This document shows, one piece after another, positions 36,522 to 45,892 of a stretch of DNA of 64,000 nt. The stretch's first letter is position 1. Each line of letters starts with the position of its first letter. The position numbers and the translations under genes were made by a program. Source of the DNA: an uncultured Armatimonadetes bacterium (GTDB taxonomy: Bacteria; Armatimonadota; Hebobacteria; Hebobacterales; Hebobacteraceae); the NCBI GenBank assembly GCA_963716175.1, contig OY970296.1, positions 2,496,001 through 2,560,000 on the forward strand. Direction: 5' to 3'. A model generated the notes under the pieces. It searched no databases, was not told the origin of the DNA, and worked only from the letters and a program-made list of their open reading frames with translations.

Positions 36522-38545
36522 ACCGCCTCAAGCTCTGCCTGCCCTTCGCGCCCCTCCTGAGACGGGTCCGGCTGCCCTTCGTCCGAAGGCGAGTGCCAGT
36601 GTGGGCGCTGGTCGTGATCGCCATTGTGGTGCTGGTGCCAGTCACCGGCGGAGCCATGGTCGCCACCAGCCAGCCCATCTTCTGCAAGTCCTGCCACGAG
36701 ATGAGTTTGCACTACGCCACCTGGAGCCAGTCGGCGCACCGGGACGTGAGCTGCGAGGAATGCCACGTCATGCCCGGCACCGCCAACATGTTCAAGAGCA
36801 AGATCAGGGCTCTCCGGTTGGTGAAGGCGCATGCCGCGGGCGATGTCAAGGCCACCGCCATCCAGGGGCATGTCCCGGATGCCAACTGCAAGCGGTGTCA
36901 CCCCCAGACGCCTGAGCTCGTGACCTATCACGGCCTGAAGATCACGCACCGGGACCATTGGAACATGGGGGTCAAGTGCACCTTCTGTCACGACCGGGTG
37001 GTGCATGGACCCAAGTGGCTCTATACCGGGGTCACCTCCTCCGAGAAGATCAAGGTGGTCTCCACTCCCTACAAGTTCACCCCGCAGATGGAGACCTGCT
37101 ACAAGTGTCACGACGGTAAGCGCGCCTCCAACAAGTGCTCCACCTGCCACGTCACCCTGGGTGAGCGTAAGCCCACCGCCTTCGACCCGGCCTGGGTGGA
37201 GGCCCATCGGGATGAAGTGCGCCGCACCGGGAAACAGGACTGCGAGCGCTGTCATCTGCCCTCCTTTTGCGACGCCTGCCACCGCGCGGCCAATCCCCAT
37301 CCCGGTGACTGGATCGCCCGCCACCCCCAGGAGGCGCGCAGGGATACCGCCGGCTGCTCCTCCTGCCATCTCGCCCCAGGGGAGCAGCGCCCCAAGCAGG
37401 TGAGGGATATGGCCTTCTGCCGGGCTTGCCATGGGCTGCGGCAGGAGCATCGCCAGGCCGACTGGCAGGTGATCCACGGCCGGGAGTCGCTCGCCAACCC
37501 GGCCTCTTGCCAGCGCTGCCACACCCAGAGCTGGTGCTCAGACTGCCATGCCATCAGCCGCCCGCACCCGCAGGAGTGGCTGGCGCGGCACCCCGCGGAG
37601 GCCAACCGCAACCCGGAGAGCTGCCGCGTCTGCCACACTCAGCAGTTCTGCGACGCTTGCCATCACGGCAAGCAGGGCATTCCCGCCTCCCATCAGCAGG
37701 ACTGGCTCACCCGCCACAAGGACGCCGCCCGCCAGGGCCAGGAGACCTGCGCCGTCTGTCATAAGACTGGCTTCTGCCAGAGCTGTCACGCCAAGCAGGC
37801 ACCCACCAGTCACGGCCCCCAATGGCTGAGCCAGCATGGCCCGGCGAGCAGAGCCCAGCCTGCCTCCTGCCTGCTCTGCCACAAAGAACAGCACTGCAAC
37901 CAGTGTCATGGCCTGACTATGCCCCATCCGAAGCTGTGGCTGGCCTCCCATCACAAGGCCGCCGCGCAGAACGAGGCCCTGTGCGAGCGCTGCCATCAGA
38001 AGCAGGCCTGCGACAGCTGTCACCGGGGCGCCTTCCCGGCCTCCCATCAGCCCTCGGACTGGATGAGCCGCCACGGCGCGGAGACGAAGAAGCCCGCCGC
38101 GCAGTGCAGCCTCTGTCACCGCCGGGAGTTCTGCTCCTCCTGTCACGGCGTAGCCATGCCGCATCCCTCCGGATGGAGAGGTCCGCCCCACGGCGCCGCC
38201 GCGCAGAAGGAGCAGACGGTCTGCCTGCGCTGCCATCAGGAGAGCCAGTGCGCCAAGTGCCACGGCCTGGCCATGCCGCATCCGAGCAATTGGATGACCG
38301 AGCATGGGAAGAAGGCGACAGCTTCCCCTGCCCTATGTGGCACTTGCCATGGGCCCGGTCGTCATGACTGCGCCACCTGCCACACTGCCCTGGCCCCATC
38401 CAGCCACCAGCAGGAGAACTGGCGGCAGCAGCACGGCCAAGCAGGAGCGGCCTCCACCGCGCTCTGCTCGCTCTGCCACGGGAAGAATGCTTGCGCTGAT
38501 TGCCACGCGCGGCAGGCCGGGAGGGGCGCCGCAAAGGGCAGTTAG
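36518..38545 (+). CDS. membrane-anchored 28-heme cytochrome c with NapC/NirT-like N-terminus and 11 tandem di-heme modules
   Basis: N-terminal TM, TSQPIFCKSCHEM...W..SAH..V.C.ECH; 28 CxxCH counted. Confidence 0.9.
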   Translation: MNRLKLCLPFAPLLRRVRLPFVRRRVPVWALVVIAIVVLVPVTGGAMVATSQPIFCKSCHEMSLHYATWSQSAHRDVSCEECHVMPGTANMFKSKIRALRLVKAHAAGDVKATAIQGHVPDANCKRCHPQTPELVTYHGLKITHRDHWNMGVKCTFCHDRVVHGPKWLYTGVTSSEKIKVVSTPYKFTPQMETCYKCHDGKRASNKCSTCHVTLGERKPTAFDPAWVEAHRDEVRRTGKQDCERCHLPSFCDACHRAANPHPGDWIARHPQEARRDTAGCSSCHLAPGEQRPKQVRDMAFCRACHGLRQEHRQADWQVIHGRESLANPASCQRCHTQSWCSDCHAISRPHPQEWLARHPAEANRNPESCRVCHTQQFCDACHHGKQGIPASHQQDWLTRHKDAARQGQETCAVCHKTGFCQSCHAKQAPTSHGPQWLSQHGPASRAQPASCLLCHKEQHCNQCHGLTMPHPKLWLASHHKAAAQNEALCERCHQKQACDSCHRGAFPASHQPSDWMSRHGAETKKPAAQCSLCHRREFCSSCHGVAMPHPSGWRGPPHGAAAQKEQTVCLRCHQESQCAKCHGLAMPHPSNWMTEHGKKATASPALCGTCHGPGRHDCATCHTALAPSSHQQENWRQQHGQAGAASTALCSLCHGKNACADCHARQAGRGAAKGS

Positions 38546-38720
38546 CTCCCGCGCCGCGGGTGAGGGCCGAATCGCCCAAGACCGCGACGCCCAGAGCAGG
38601 GAACGCGCCGCCAGGCGGACAACCGCGGGGAACGAAGGGACCTTCGTCCAGATGCTGATCGGAAGCTCCAGGGGGGAGGGGGAGCCAGAGGAGGCGCCAG
38701 GCCAGGGATCGGACGCGAGC

Positions 38721-39194
38721 ATGGCCTCGGTCAGCCGCCGGCGGTTTCTCAGCTATCTCAGCGGCTTGCTCACTGGGTTGATCGCGGTGGCCTTGGGCCT
38801 GCCCCTGGTCCGCTTCTACGTGGGCAACGCGTTCCAGCAGAGAGCGGCGCGGTGGCTCAAGCTGGGGCCGAGGGCGGAGGTGCCAATAGGCCGCCCCACG
38901 CTGTTCCGTCTCAGCTATGTGGAGCAGGAGGGGTGGCGGGACACTACCCGGCGGGAAGAGGTCTACGCGGTTACCCAGGATGGGCGGAACTACCTGGTGC
39001 TCTCGAACATCTGCACCCATCTGGGCTGCCCGGTGCGGTGGGATGACAGAGTTCGAGCTTACCTCTGCCCGTGCCACGGCGGTATGTTCGCCGCGGATGG
39101 CCGGGTGCTGAAGGGGCCACCCCCGAGGCCTCTTCTCCGCTTGCCGCACAAGTTCGAGGGCGGCGTTCTCTATGTCCGGGTCGGGGGAGGCTGA
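38721..39194 (+). CDS. qcrA: Rieske 2Fe-2S subunit of a quinol:cytochrome c oxidoreductase
   Basis: Tat motif SRRRFL; CTHLGC and CPCHG boxes; GPPPRPL. Confidence 0.92.
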   Translation: MASVSRRRFLSYLSGLLTGLIAVALGLPLVRFYVGNAFQQRAARWLKLGPRAEVPIGRPTLFRLSYVEQEGWRDTTRREEVYAVTQDGRNYLVLSNICTHLGCPVRWDDRVRAYLCPCHGGMFAADGRVLKGPPPRPLLRLPHKFEGGVLYVRVGGG

Positions 39195-39196
39195 CC

Positions 39197-41310
39197 GTGT
39201 TTCGCAGGCTGCTCCGGTGGGTTGACGAGCAGACCGAACTGGTCAGCCTACTCCGCCAGTTCATGGAGGAACCGCTCGCGCGGGGCGTGGGTTGGCCCCA
39301 CGTTTTCGGCGGCGCCGCTCTCTTCCTCTTCATCGTGCAGGCCTGCACCGGCGTGCTGCTGGCGGTCTACTATGTGCCTTCGCCCGTGGCCGCCTACCAG
39401 TCCACCTCCTACCTCAGCATGTCCGTTCCCCTGGGCAGCGTGGTGCGCAGCCTCCACCACTGGGGGGCAAGCGCCATGCTGGTGGTGGTGTTCGTGCACA
39501 TGCTGCAAGCCTTCTTCTGGGGCGCTTACAAGCGGCCTCGCCAGATCGTCTGGGTGATCGGTGTGTTCCTGCTCCTGGCCACCCTGGGGCTCAGCTTCAC
39601 CGGATATCTCCTTCCCTGGGATCAGAAGGCCTACTGGGCCACCGTCGTGGGCACCCGCATCGCCGGCAGCCTGCCGGTGGTGGGAACCTACATCACCACC
39701 CTCATCCGGGGCGGCCCCAGTGTGGGGGCGCTCACTATCACCCGGTTCTTCGGCCTGCACGTCTTGATCTTCCCCGCGCTGCTCATCGCACTGATCGCGT
39801 TCCACATCTCACAGGTGCGCATGAAGGGCATCACCGCGCCCTGGCGCCGAGTGGGTGACGAAGACGCCGTGCCCCACCCCGGGCTCTTCTACCCCGACCA
39901 GGTGTTCAAGGATGTAGTGGCGGCCCTGCTGCTCTTGGCCCTGCTTTTCGCCATTGCCGTCCGCTATCCGGCGCCGCTGGAAGCCATCGCCAACCCCACC
40001 AGCACCGGCTATGTGCCTCGCCCCGAGTGGTACTTCCTGCCCAACTTCCAGCTTCTCAAGTACTTCCCCGCGGCCTGGGGCGAGTGGGGTGAGTTCTCCG
40101 GCGCCATCCTCATCCCGGCCCTGGTAGTGCTGCTGCTCATCTTGTTGCCGTACCTGGACTACAATCCCAATCGGCGGCCCCGCCGTCGTCCTTTCGTCAC
40201 CGCTGCCGCGCTGGCCAGCCTCTTCGGCCTCAGCTATCTGGGCGTCGAAGGCGCGAAGAGTGGGCCCAGACCGGTGACTCTCACCGCGACGCAGGCGCGG
40301 GGCGAGAAGGTGTTCCTGGACCTGCGCTGTCAGTCATGCCATGGCATCAACGGCGGCGGCGGCATGGAGGGAGTGGATCTTGCCCAGGGCGGGCCCCGGG
40401 ACCCCCGGAAGGTGGCCGAGAAGCTGCGCTTCCCCACCAGGTCCAACCCCCGTTCGGTCATGCCCCCGGTGCCCAGCAGCCTCAGCCCGGCCGGCTTCGA
40501 TGCCTTGGTGGCCTTCGCCTCGGCCATTGACACTCGCTTCCAGATGCCGACGGTGGCCCCGGTTGGGCCCACCAAGCCCCTCTCTCACTATGAGGAGAAC
40601 TGGTTCGCCAACCACAAGTACGAGGTGCGCAAGGATCCCACCGTCTGCGCCCAGTGCCATCAGCCCAGCTTCTGTCAGAGCTGCCATCGCAATCGCAGAC
40701 CCGATTCGCACCTGCATCGCTGGCTCGAGTTCCATGCTGGGACCGCGCGCGAGCAGCCCGAGTACTGCCAGGTCTGTCACGAGAAGAGCTTCTGCAACGC
40801 CTGCCACAGCAAGCTGATGCACACCTCCGACTGGCTGCACCGGCATGACGAGGCCGGAAGGACACAGTACGAATGTGCCTGCAGTGCCATCAGGAAGGCG
40901 AATGTACCTCCTGCCACCGGGGCGCGACGCCGGTCAGCCACGCCCGCAAAGACTGGGTACACTCTCACCAAGGGGCAAAGGCGGCGGAATGCCGGACCTG
41001 CCATCGCGAGAGCTTCTGTATCACCTGCCATGAGGGAGCCAGGCCCAGGTCGCACGATGCCAGCTGGCTTTCTCGCCATGGCGCGGCCGCCAAAGCGCAG
41101 CCAGCGGGATGCCGCACCTGCCACGCGGCCAGCTTCTGCAGCAGCTGCCATGGAGGTGTGACCATGCCCCATCCGGCTAACTGGGTGATCGCGCACAGGG
41201 TACAGGCGAGCTTTGCCCCCGGCTCAGTCTGCTATCGCTGTCACCAGTACAAGCAGGACTGCGCCAAGTGCCACGGAGAATGGCCGCCTGAGCCGGGCGC
41301 CGGTGGGTGA
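39197..41310 (+). CDS. qcrB: cytochrome b fused to a monoheme cytochrome c and a 12-heme tail (frameshift at ~40872)
   Basis: RSLHHWGAS, FVHM, GYLLPWDQ, FGLHV, PEWY; 5 CxxCH before and 8 after the frameshift; adding one A gives ...TQYEMCLQCH. Confidence 0.85.
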
Positions 41311-41361
41311 ACAGAGGGCGGGCATGCTTCTGCCCGCCTGATTGACCGGGAAGGACAACGC

Positions 41362-42549
41362 ATGATCGGTTTCACGAAACTGCTCTGCGGGAAGGCCACG
41401 GTGTCCCGCGCCCTGCGCCAGGCCGCGGGTGGGCTACAACGAGACCCGGCCTTACTGCAGTTCACTACTGCTCACCGTCCCCTCGTGGTCTGGAACACGA
41501 CCGCCCGCTGCAATCTCCGGTGCGCTCACTGCTACAACGATGCCGGGCCTCAGGCCAGCGGCGAACTCAGCACCGCGGAGGCCGAGGGCCTGATTGATGA
41601 TCTGGCGCAGATGGAAGTCCCGGTGCTTCTGTTCTCCGGCGGCGAGCCCGTGCTCAGGGATGACATCTTGCATCTCGCCGCCTACGCCTTTGATCGCGGA
41701 CTGCGCCCTGTGCTTTCCACCAACGGGACGCTGATTGACGCCGAGGTGGCGCAGGCGCTCGCCCGGGCCCGCCTCCAGTACATCGGGGTTTCGATTGACG
41801 GCCTGCCGGACACCCACGATCGCTTCCGCTGCCAGGAAGGGGCCTGCGCCGCGGCTTGGCAGGGGGTTCGCAGCGCCCGCGACGCGGGCCTGCGGACTGG
41901 CGTCCGCTTCACCGTCACGCGCGAGAACGTGGATGAGCTGCCCGGCGTTCTTGACCAGGCCGTCTCGGAAGGGGTAAACCGCTTCTGCCTCTACCACCTG
42001 GTCTACTGCGGGCGCGGCGCCGCGCTCGCCGACCGCGATCTCTCCCCGGCGCGCCGCCGCGAAATGATCCAGTGGCTGGTGCGCAGAACCGAGGAGCTTC
42101 ACCATCAGGGCCGCGAGATCGAGATCCTGACCACCGACCAGCATGCGGACGGCGTCTTCCTCTATCGCCTGATCGCGCAGCGCGATCCCAACCGGGCGGC
42201 CGAGGTGCTAGAGCTGCTGGGCATGCACGGCGGGTGCTCGGCCGGCACGAAGTTCGCCAACATTGATGCTCAGGGCAATGTGCACCCCTGCCAGTTCTGG
42301 GGGCACGAAGCCGTCGGCAATGTGCGCGAGCGCCCTTTCTCTCGCATCTGGCGAGACCCCGATCAACCTGTGCTCTGCGGACTGCGAGAGCTGCAGCAGC
42401 AGCTGCGAGGCCGCTGTCGGGAATGCGCCTACCGGCATTACTGCGGAGGCTGTCGCATCCGCGCCCAGGCCGTCAGCGGCGACCTCTGGGGCCCCGACCC
42501 GGCCTGCTATCTGAGCGATGAAGAGATAGCCGCCGAGGCGGTGTCGTAG
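41362..42549 (+). CDS. ahbC: radical SAM Fe-coproporphyrin III synthase (alternative heme biosynthesis)
   Basis: MIGFTKLLCG N-terminus, VVWNTT.RCNLRCAHCY, YHLVY.GRG, TDQHADG, SPASM cysteines. Confidence 0.82.
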   Translation: MIGFTKLLCGKATVSRALRQAAGGLQRDPALLQFTTAHRPLVVWNTTARCNLRCAHCYNDAGPQASGELSTAEAEGLIDDLAQMEVPVLLFSGGEPVLRDDILHLAAYAFDRGLRPVLSTNGTLIDAEVAQALARARLQYIGVSIDGLPDTHDRFRCQEGACAAAWQGVRSARDAGLRTGVRFTVTRENVDELPGVLDQAVSEGVNRFCLYHLVYCGRGAALADRDLSPARRREMIQWLVRRTEELHHQGREIEILTTDQHADGVFLYRLIAQRDPNRAAEVLELLGMHGGCSAGTKFANIDAQGNVHPCQFWGHEAVGNVRERPFSRIWRDPDQPVLCGLRELQQQLRGRCRECAYRHYCGGCRIRAQAVSGDLWGPDPACYLSDEEIAAEAVS

Positions 42550-43575
42550 ATGGAGGGAGCGCCGGACCTGGCCCCGGAAGACAAGGCCCTCCTCACGCTT
42601 GCCCAGGCCTCCTTTCCCTTGGTGCAGAGGCCCTTCGCCGCGCTTGCCGGCAAGGTGGGTCTGAGCGAGGAAGCCGTGATCGCCCGGATGACCGCGCTGA
42701 AGGCATCGGGCCTGATTCGCAAGATCGGCCCCGTGTTCGAGCCCGCGCGGCTCGGCCTCACGACTGAGCTGGTGGCGGTGGAAGTGGCGCCGCCAGACCT
42801 GGAGACGGCCGGGGCCGCGGTGGCGGCCTGGCCTCCGGTGACGCATTGCTACGCCCGCGAGCACCGCGTCAACCTCTGGTTCACTGGCGCCGCATCCGGG
42901 GAGGCCTGGTTTGCGTGCGCCGCGGCTCGTGCCGCCGCCCTTCCCGGGGTGTGCGGCGTATGGCGGCTCCCGGCGGTGCGGCGCTTCAAGATCGCGGTCC
43001 ACTTCGACCTGATGGCCGGTCCCGATCCCCCCGCGGGTCGGACTTGCCCTTCACCGTCCGAGACGCCCGCACCGCCTCCGCCCCGGTGGTCTGGCTCCGA
43101 TCTCTCGCTGCTGCGAGCGGTGGAGGCCGATCTGCCTCTATGCCCCGAGCCCTTTGCTGCGCTCGCCTCCTCTCTCGCCATGGCGCCCGAGGACCTCCTG
43201 GGGAACTTGCGCCAGTGGGTGGCCGATGGTCGCATCCGGCGCTATGGCGCATTGGTGAACCACCGGCGCCTCGGGTTCGTCGCCAATGCGATGACCGTCT
43301 GGTCGGTGCCAGATGACCGTCTGGAGACGGTCGGGCGGTGTCTCGCGACCTCGCCCTCCGTCTCCCACTGCTACCAGCGTCCGGCCTTCCCGGATTTCCC
43401 TCACAACCTCTATGCGATGGTGCACGCTCAATCCCGGGCCAGGTGTCTCGACTTGATCCGGGAGCTTTCCCGCAAGTGCGGAGCGGGCGATCCCGTCCCG
43501 CTCTTCTCCACCAGGGAGTTCAAGAAGGCCGCCCCTCGCTACTCCGAGCTGCTTACCTCCGGCCCGTTGCTGTAG
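42550..43575 (+). CDS. fused siroheme decarboxylase AhbA-AhbB (NirDL-like)
   Basis: Two Lrp-like halves: FPLVQRPF...VTHCYAR..NLWFT and LPLCPEPF...NHRRLGF..NAM..VSHCYQR..NLYAMVH..FSTREFKK. Confidence 0.88.
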   Translation: MEGAPDLAPEDKALLTLAQASFPLVQRPFAALAGKVGLSEEAVIARMTALKASGLIRKIGPVFEPARLGLTTELVAVEVAPPDLETAGAAVAAWPPVTHCYAREHRVNLWFTGAASGEAWFACAAARAAALPGVCGVWRLPAVRRFKIAVHFDLMAGPDPPAGRTCPSPSETPAPPPPRWSGSDLSLLRAVEADLPLCPEPFAALASSLAMAPEDLLGNLRQWVADGRIRRYGALVNHRRLGFVANAMTVWSVPDDRLETVGRCLATSPSVSHCYQRPAFPDFPHNLYAMVHAQSRARCLDLIRELSRKCGAGDPVPLFSTREFKKAAPRYSELLTSGPLL

Positions 43576-43756
43576 GGCGGGCATGTGGCTAGGTCGCCAG
43601 TGGGCGACCGCCATCCCGGCCTTCAGGCCTAGGGACCCATGCCCGCCCAGGTGCGAGCCTGGCCCCGCAGACAACCCCTGGTGACCTCGCGCGGCCCCGT
43701 CACTCTTTCTTCTTGCTTTTTTCCCCGAACTTTCGGCGGGCCCGCTCCGGCCGCGC

Positions 43757-43812
43757 TTGACACCGGGCAGCGGGGATGAGATAGTATTTCCGAGTATTCC
43801 GATTCGAAAGAT
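43757..43812 (+). promoter_or_regulatory. candidate promoter and Rrf2-type operator
   Basis: TTGACA followed by GATAGT/TAGTAT and the imperfect AT-rich palindrome TTTCCGAGTATTCCGATTCGAAA directly before the Rrf2 gene. Confidence 0.45.
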
Positions 43813-43818
43813 AGGAAA

Positions 43819-44265
43819 ATGCTAAAGCTTTCCACTCGATCCCGCTACGCCTTGCGCGCGATGATTGAACTCGCCCGCCACGAGGGCCGCGGCCCGGTGC
43901 TGCTGCGCCGGGTGGCAGAGGCGCAGCGGATCTCCCCAAAGTACCTGGAGCAGCTCACTATCCCCCTCCGCAGGGCTGGGTTGCTGCGGGGTGAGAGAGG
44001 GCCGAGCGGCGGCTACGAACTTGCCAAGCCGGCCCCGGAGATCACTGCCCTGGACATCGTGGCTGCCGTCGAAGGGCCCTTGGACTTGCTGAGCTGTGTT
44101 GGCAACGCGACCGCGTGCGATCGCACCGCCACCTGTGCCGCGCGCCAGCTCTGGGTGCGAGTGGGCGAGGCCATGAGCAGAGCGCTGGCACGGGAGACGT
44201 TGGCCGACCTCAGCGAAAGCCAGCGCGCGGCGAGCCAGGCCGACGCCTTCTCCTACCAGATCTGA
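43819..44265 (+). CDS. iscR: Rrf2 family regulator (IscR-like, three Cys)
   Basis: LSTRSRYALRAM, ISPKYLEQL, RGPSGGY, C-x6-C-x5-C. Confidence 0.85.
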   Translation: MLKLSTRSRYALRAMIELARHEGRGPVLLRRVAEAQRISPKYLEQLTIPLRRAGLLRGERGPSGGYELAKPAPEITALDIVAAVEGPLDLLSCVGNATACDRTATCAARQLWVRVGEAMSRALARETLADLSESQRAASQADAFSYQI

Positions 44266-44298
44266 CCCTGGGAGAGAGCGACACACCAGGAGGTTCGC

Positions 44299-45468
44299 GT
44301 GGAGCAAGTCTACTTCGACCATGCCGCTACCACCCCGCCTCGACCTGAAGTCATCCAGGCTATGCTGCCTTACCTTGCCGACAAGTGGGGTAACCCCTCC
44401 AGCCTGCACGTGACGGGCGTTCGCGCGCTCGAAGGCATGGAGCGAGCGCGCGAACACGTTTCAGCGCTGTTGGGCGCCCAGCCTGACGAGATCGTGTTCA
44501 CCGGCAGCGGCACCGAGGCCGATAACCACGCCCTGATCGGCGTCAGCCGCGCCCTGCGGGATAGAGGCGACCACATCATCACTTCTGCCGTCGAGCACCA
44601 TGCCGTTCTTCACACCGCCGTTTTCCTCCAGGAGTGCGGCGTACAGGTCACCCTCCTGCCAGTAGACGGGTCGGGCATGGTTGACCCCGGGGATGTGGCG
44701 GCGGCGATCACGGATCGCACCATTCTTGTCTCCATCATGCATGCCAATAACGAAGTGGGCACGGTTCAGCCTATCGCTGAGATCGGCGCCATCTGCCGGG
44801 AGCGAGATGTGCTCTTTCACAGCGATGCCGTCCAGACCGTCGGCCATCTCCCATTGGGGGTGAGAGAAACCCACGTGGATCTGCTCTCCTTGTCTGCCCA
44901 CAAGCTCTATGGGCCCAAGGGCGTGGGCGCGCTGTACGTGCGGCAGGGCACGCGGTTACGCTCCTACCTGCACGGAGGAGGTCAGGAGCGAGGCCGGCGG
45001 GCCAGCACCGAGAACGTGCCGGGCATCATCGGCCTGGGCGAAGCTGCGCGGCTGGCGCGCGAGGATATGACGTGGGAGATTGGCCACAACACTGAGCTTC
45101 GTTCCCTGCTGATCCATGGTGTGTGCGAGCAAGTGACGGATGTCGTCGTGACCGGTCATCCGGACTGCCGGCTGCCGAACAACGCCAGTTTCTGCTTCGC
45201 TGGTGTGGAAGGCGAGTCTATCCTCCTCAACCTCGATCTTGAGGGGTTCGCGGTCTCCTCCGGTTCGGCCTGCACCTCCGGCGCGCTTGAACCATTCCAC
45301 GTGCTGCTGGCAATGGGAATCCCGCATGAGATTGCTCGCGGTTCTGTGCGCGTCAGCGTGGGCCGCGACAGCACCGTGGAACAGGTGCAGCGATTCCTCG
45401 AAGTCCTCCCTCGGGTCGTGGCGCGATTGCGCGGCATGTCCCCGATTGCTCCGGCCGTTTCCCGGTGA
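44299..45468 (+). CDS. iscS: cysteine desulfurase
   Basis: YFDHAATT, GNPSSLH, SAHKLYGPKG, SSGSACTS. Confidence 0.95.
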   Translation: MEQVYFDHAATTPPRPEVIQAMLPYLADKWGNPSSLHVTGVRALEGMERAREHVSALLGAQPDEIVFTGSGTEADNHALIGVSRALRDRGDHIITSAVEHHAVLHTAVFLQECGVQVTLLPVDGSGMVDPGDVAAAITDRTILVSIMHANNEVGTVQPIAEIGAICRERDVLFHSDAVQTVGHLPLGVRETHVDLLSLSAHKLYGPKGVGALYVRQGTRLRSYLHGGGQERGRRASTENVPGIIGLGEAARLAREDMTWEIGHNTELRSLLIHGVCEQVTDVVVTGHPDCRLPNNASFCFAGVEGESILLNLDLEGFAVSSGSACTSGALEPFHVLLAMGIPHEIARGSVRVSVGRDSTVEQVQRFLEVLPRVVARLRGMSPIAPAVSR

Positions 45469-45475
45469 AGATAGC

Positions 45476-45712
45476 ATGACGGCCCCTGAGCCCGACGCGA
45501 CCATTGACCTGCGAGGCACCCCCTGTCCCCTGAACTGGGTGAAGACGAAGCTGAGGTTGGAGCGGATGCAGCCGGGTCAGGTGCTGGAGGTGGTCGTGGA
45601 CGATGGCGCCCCTGCCCGAAACGTCCCGCGCAGTGTCGAGGCCGAGGGGCATCGGGTGTTGGCCATGACCAACGGCGCTGGGCGAGTCCGCATCTTGATC
45701 CAACGGCAATGA
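45476..45712 (+). CDS. tusA: TusA-family sulfur carrier
   Basis: IDLRGTPCPLN, PGQVLEVVVDD. Confidence 0.88.
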   Translation: MTAPEPDATIDLRGTPCPLNWVKTKLRLERMQPGQVLEVVVDDGAPARNVPRSVEAEGHRVLAMTNGAGRVRILIQRQ

Positions 45713-45892
45713 CCCTGGAGGGGAGGCGCGGCTTTGGTTGACGGCGATGACTGTCCTTACCCGAGAGCTGAGAGACTGCTACAGTCGGCGCATCCAGGCG
45801 AACGGACTCGGGGGCGGCGGCCAGCCTGGACGCCTGGCCGCCGCCAGAGGCTAGGGGCACTCCCGCCCCAGATGCTGAGCTAGGGCCGATCC

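Noticed and set aside
45755-45810. SAM-I riboswitch upstream of yeeE (CTTACCCGAGAG...)
   Set aside because: Lacks the GCAACC and GTGC core and the closing GAT strand
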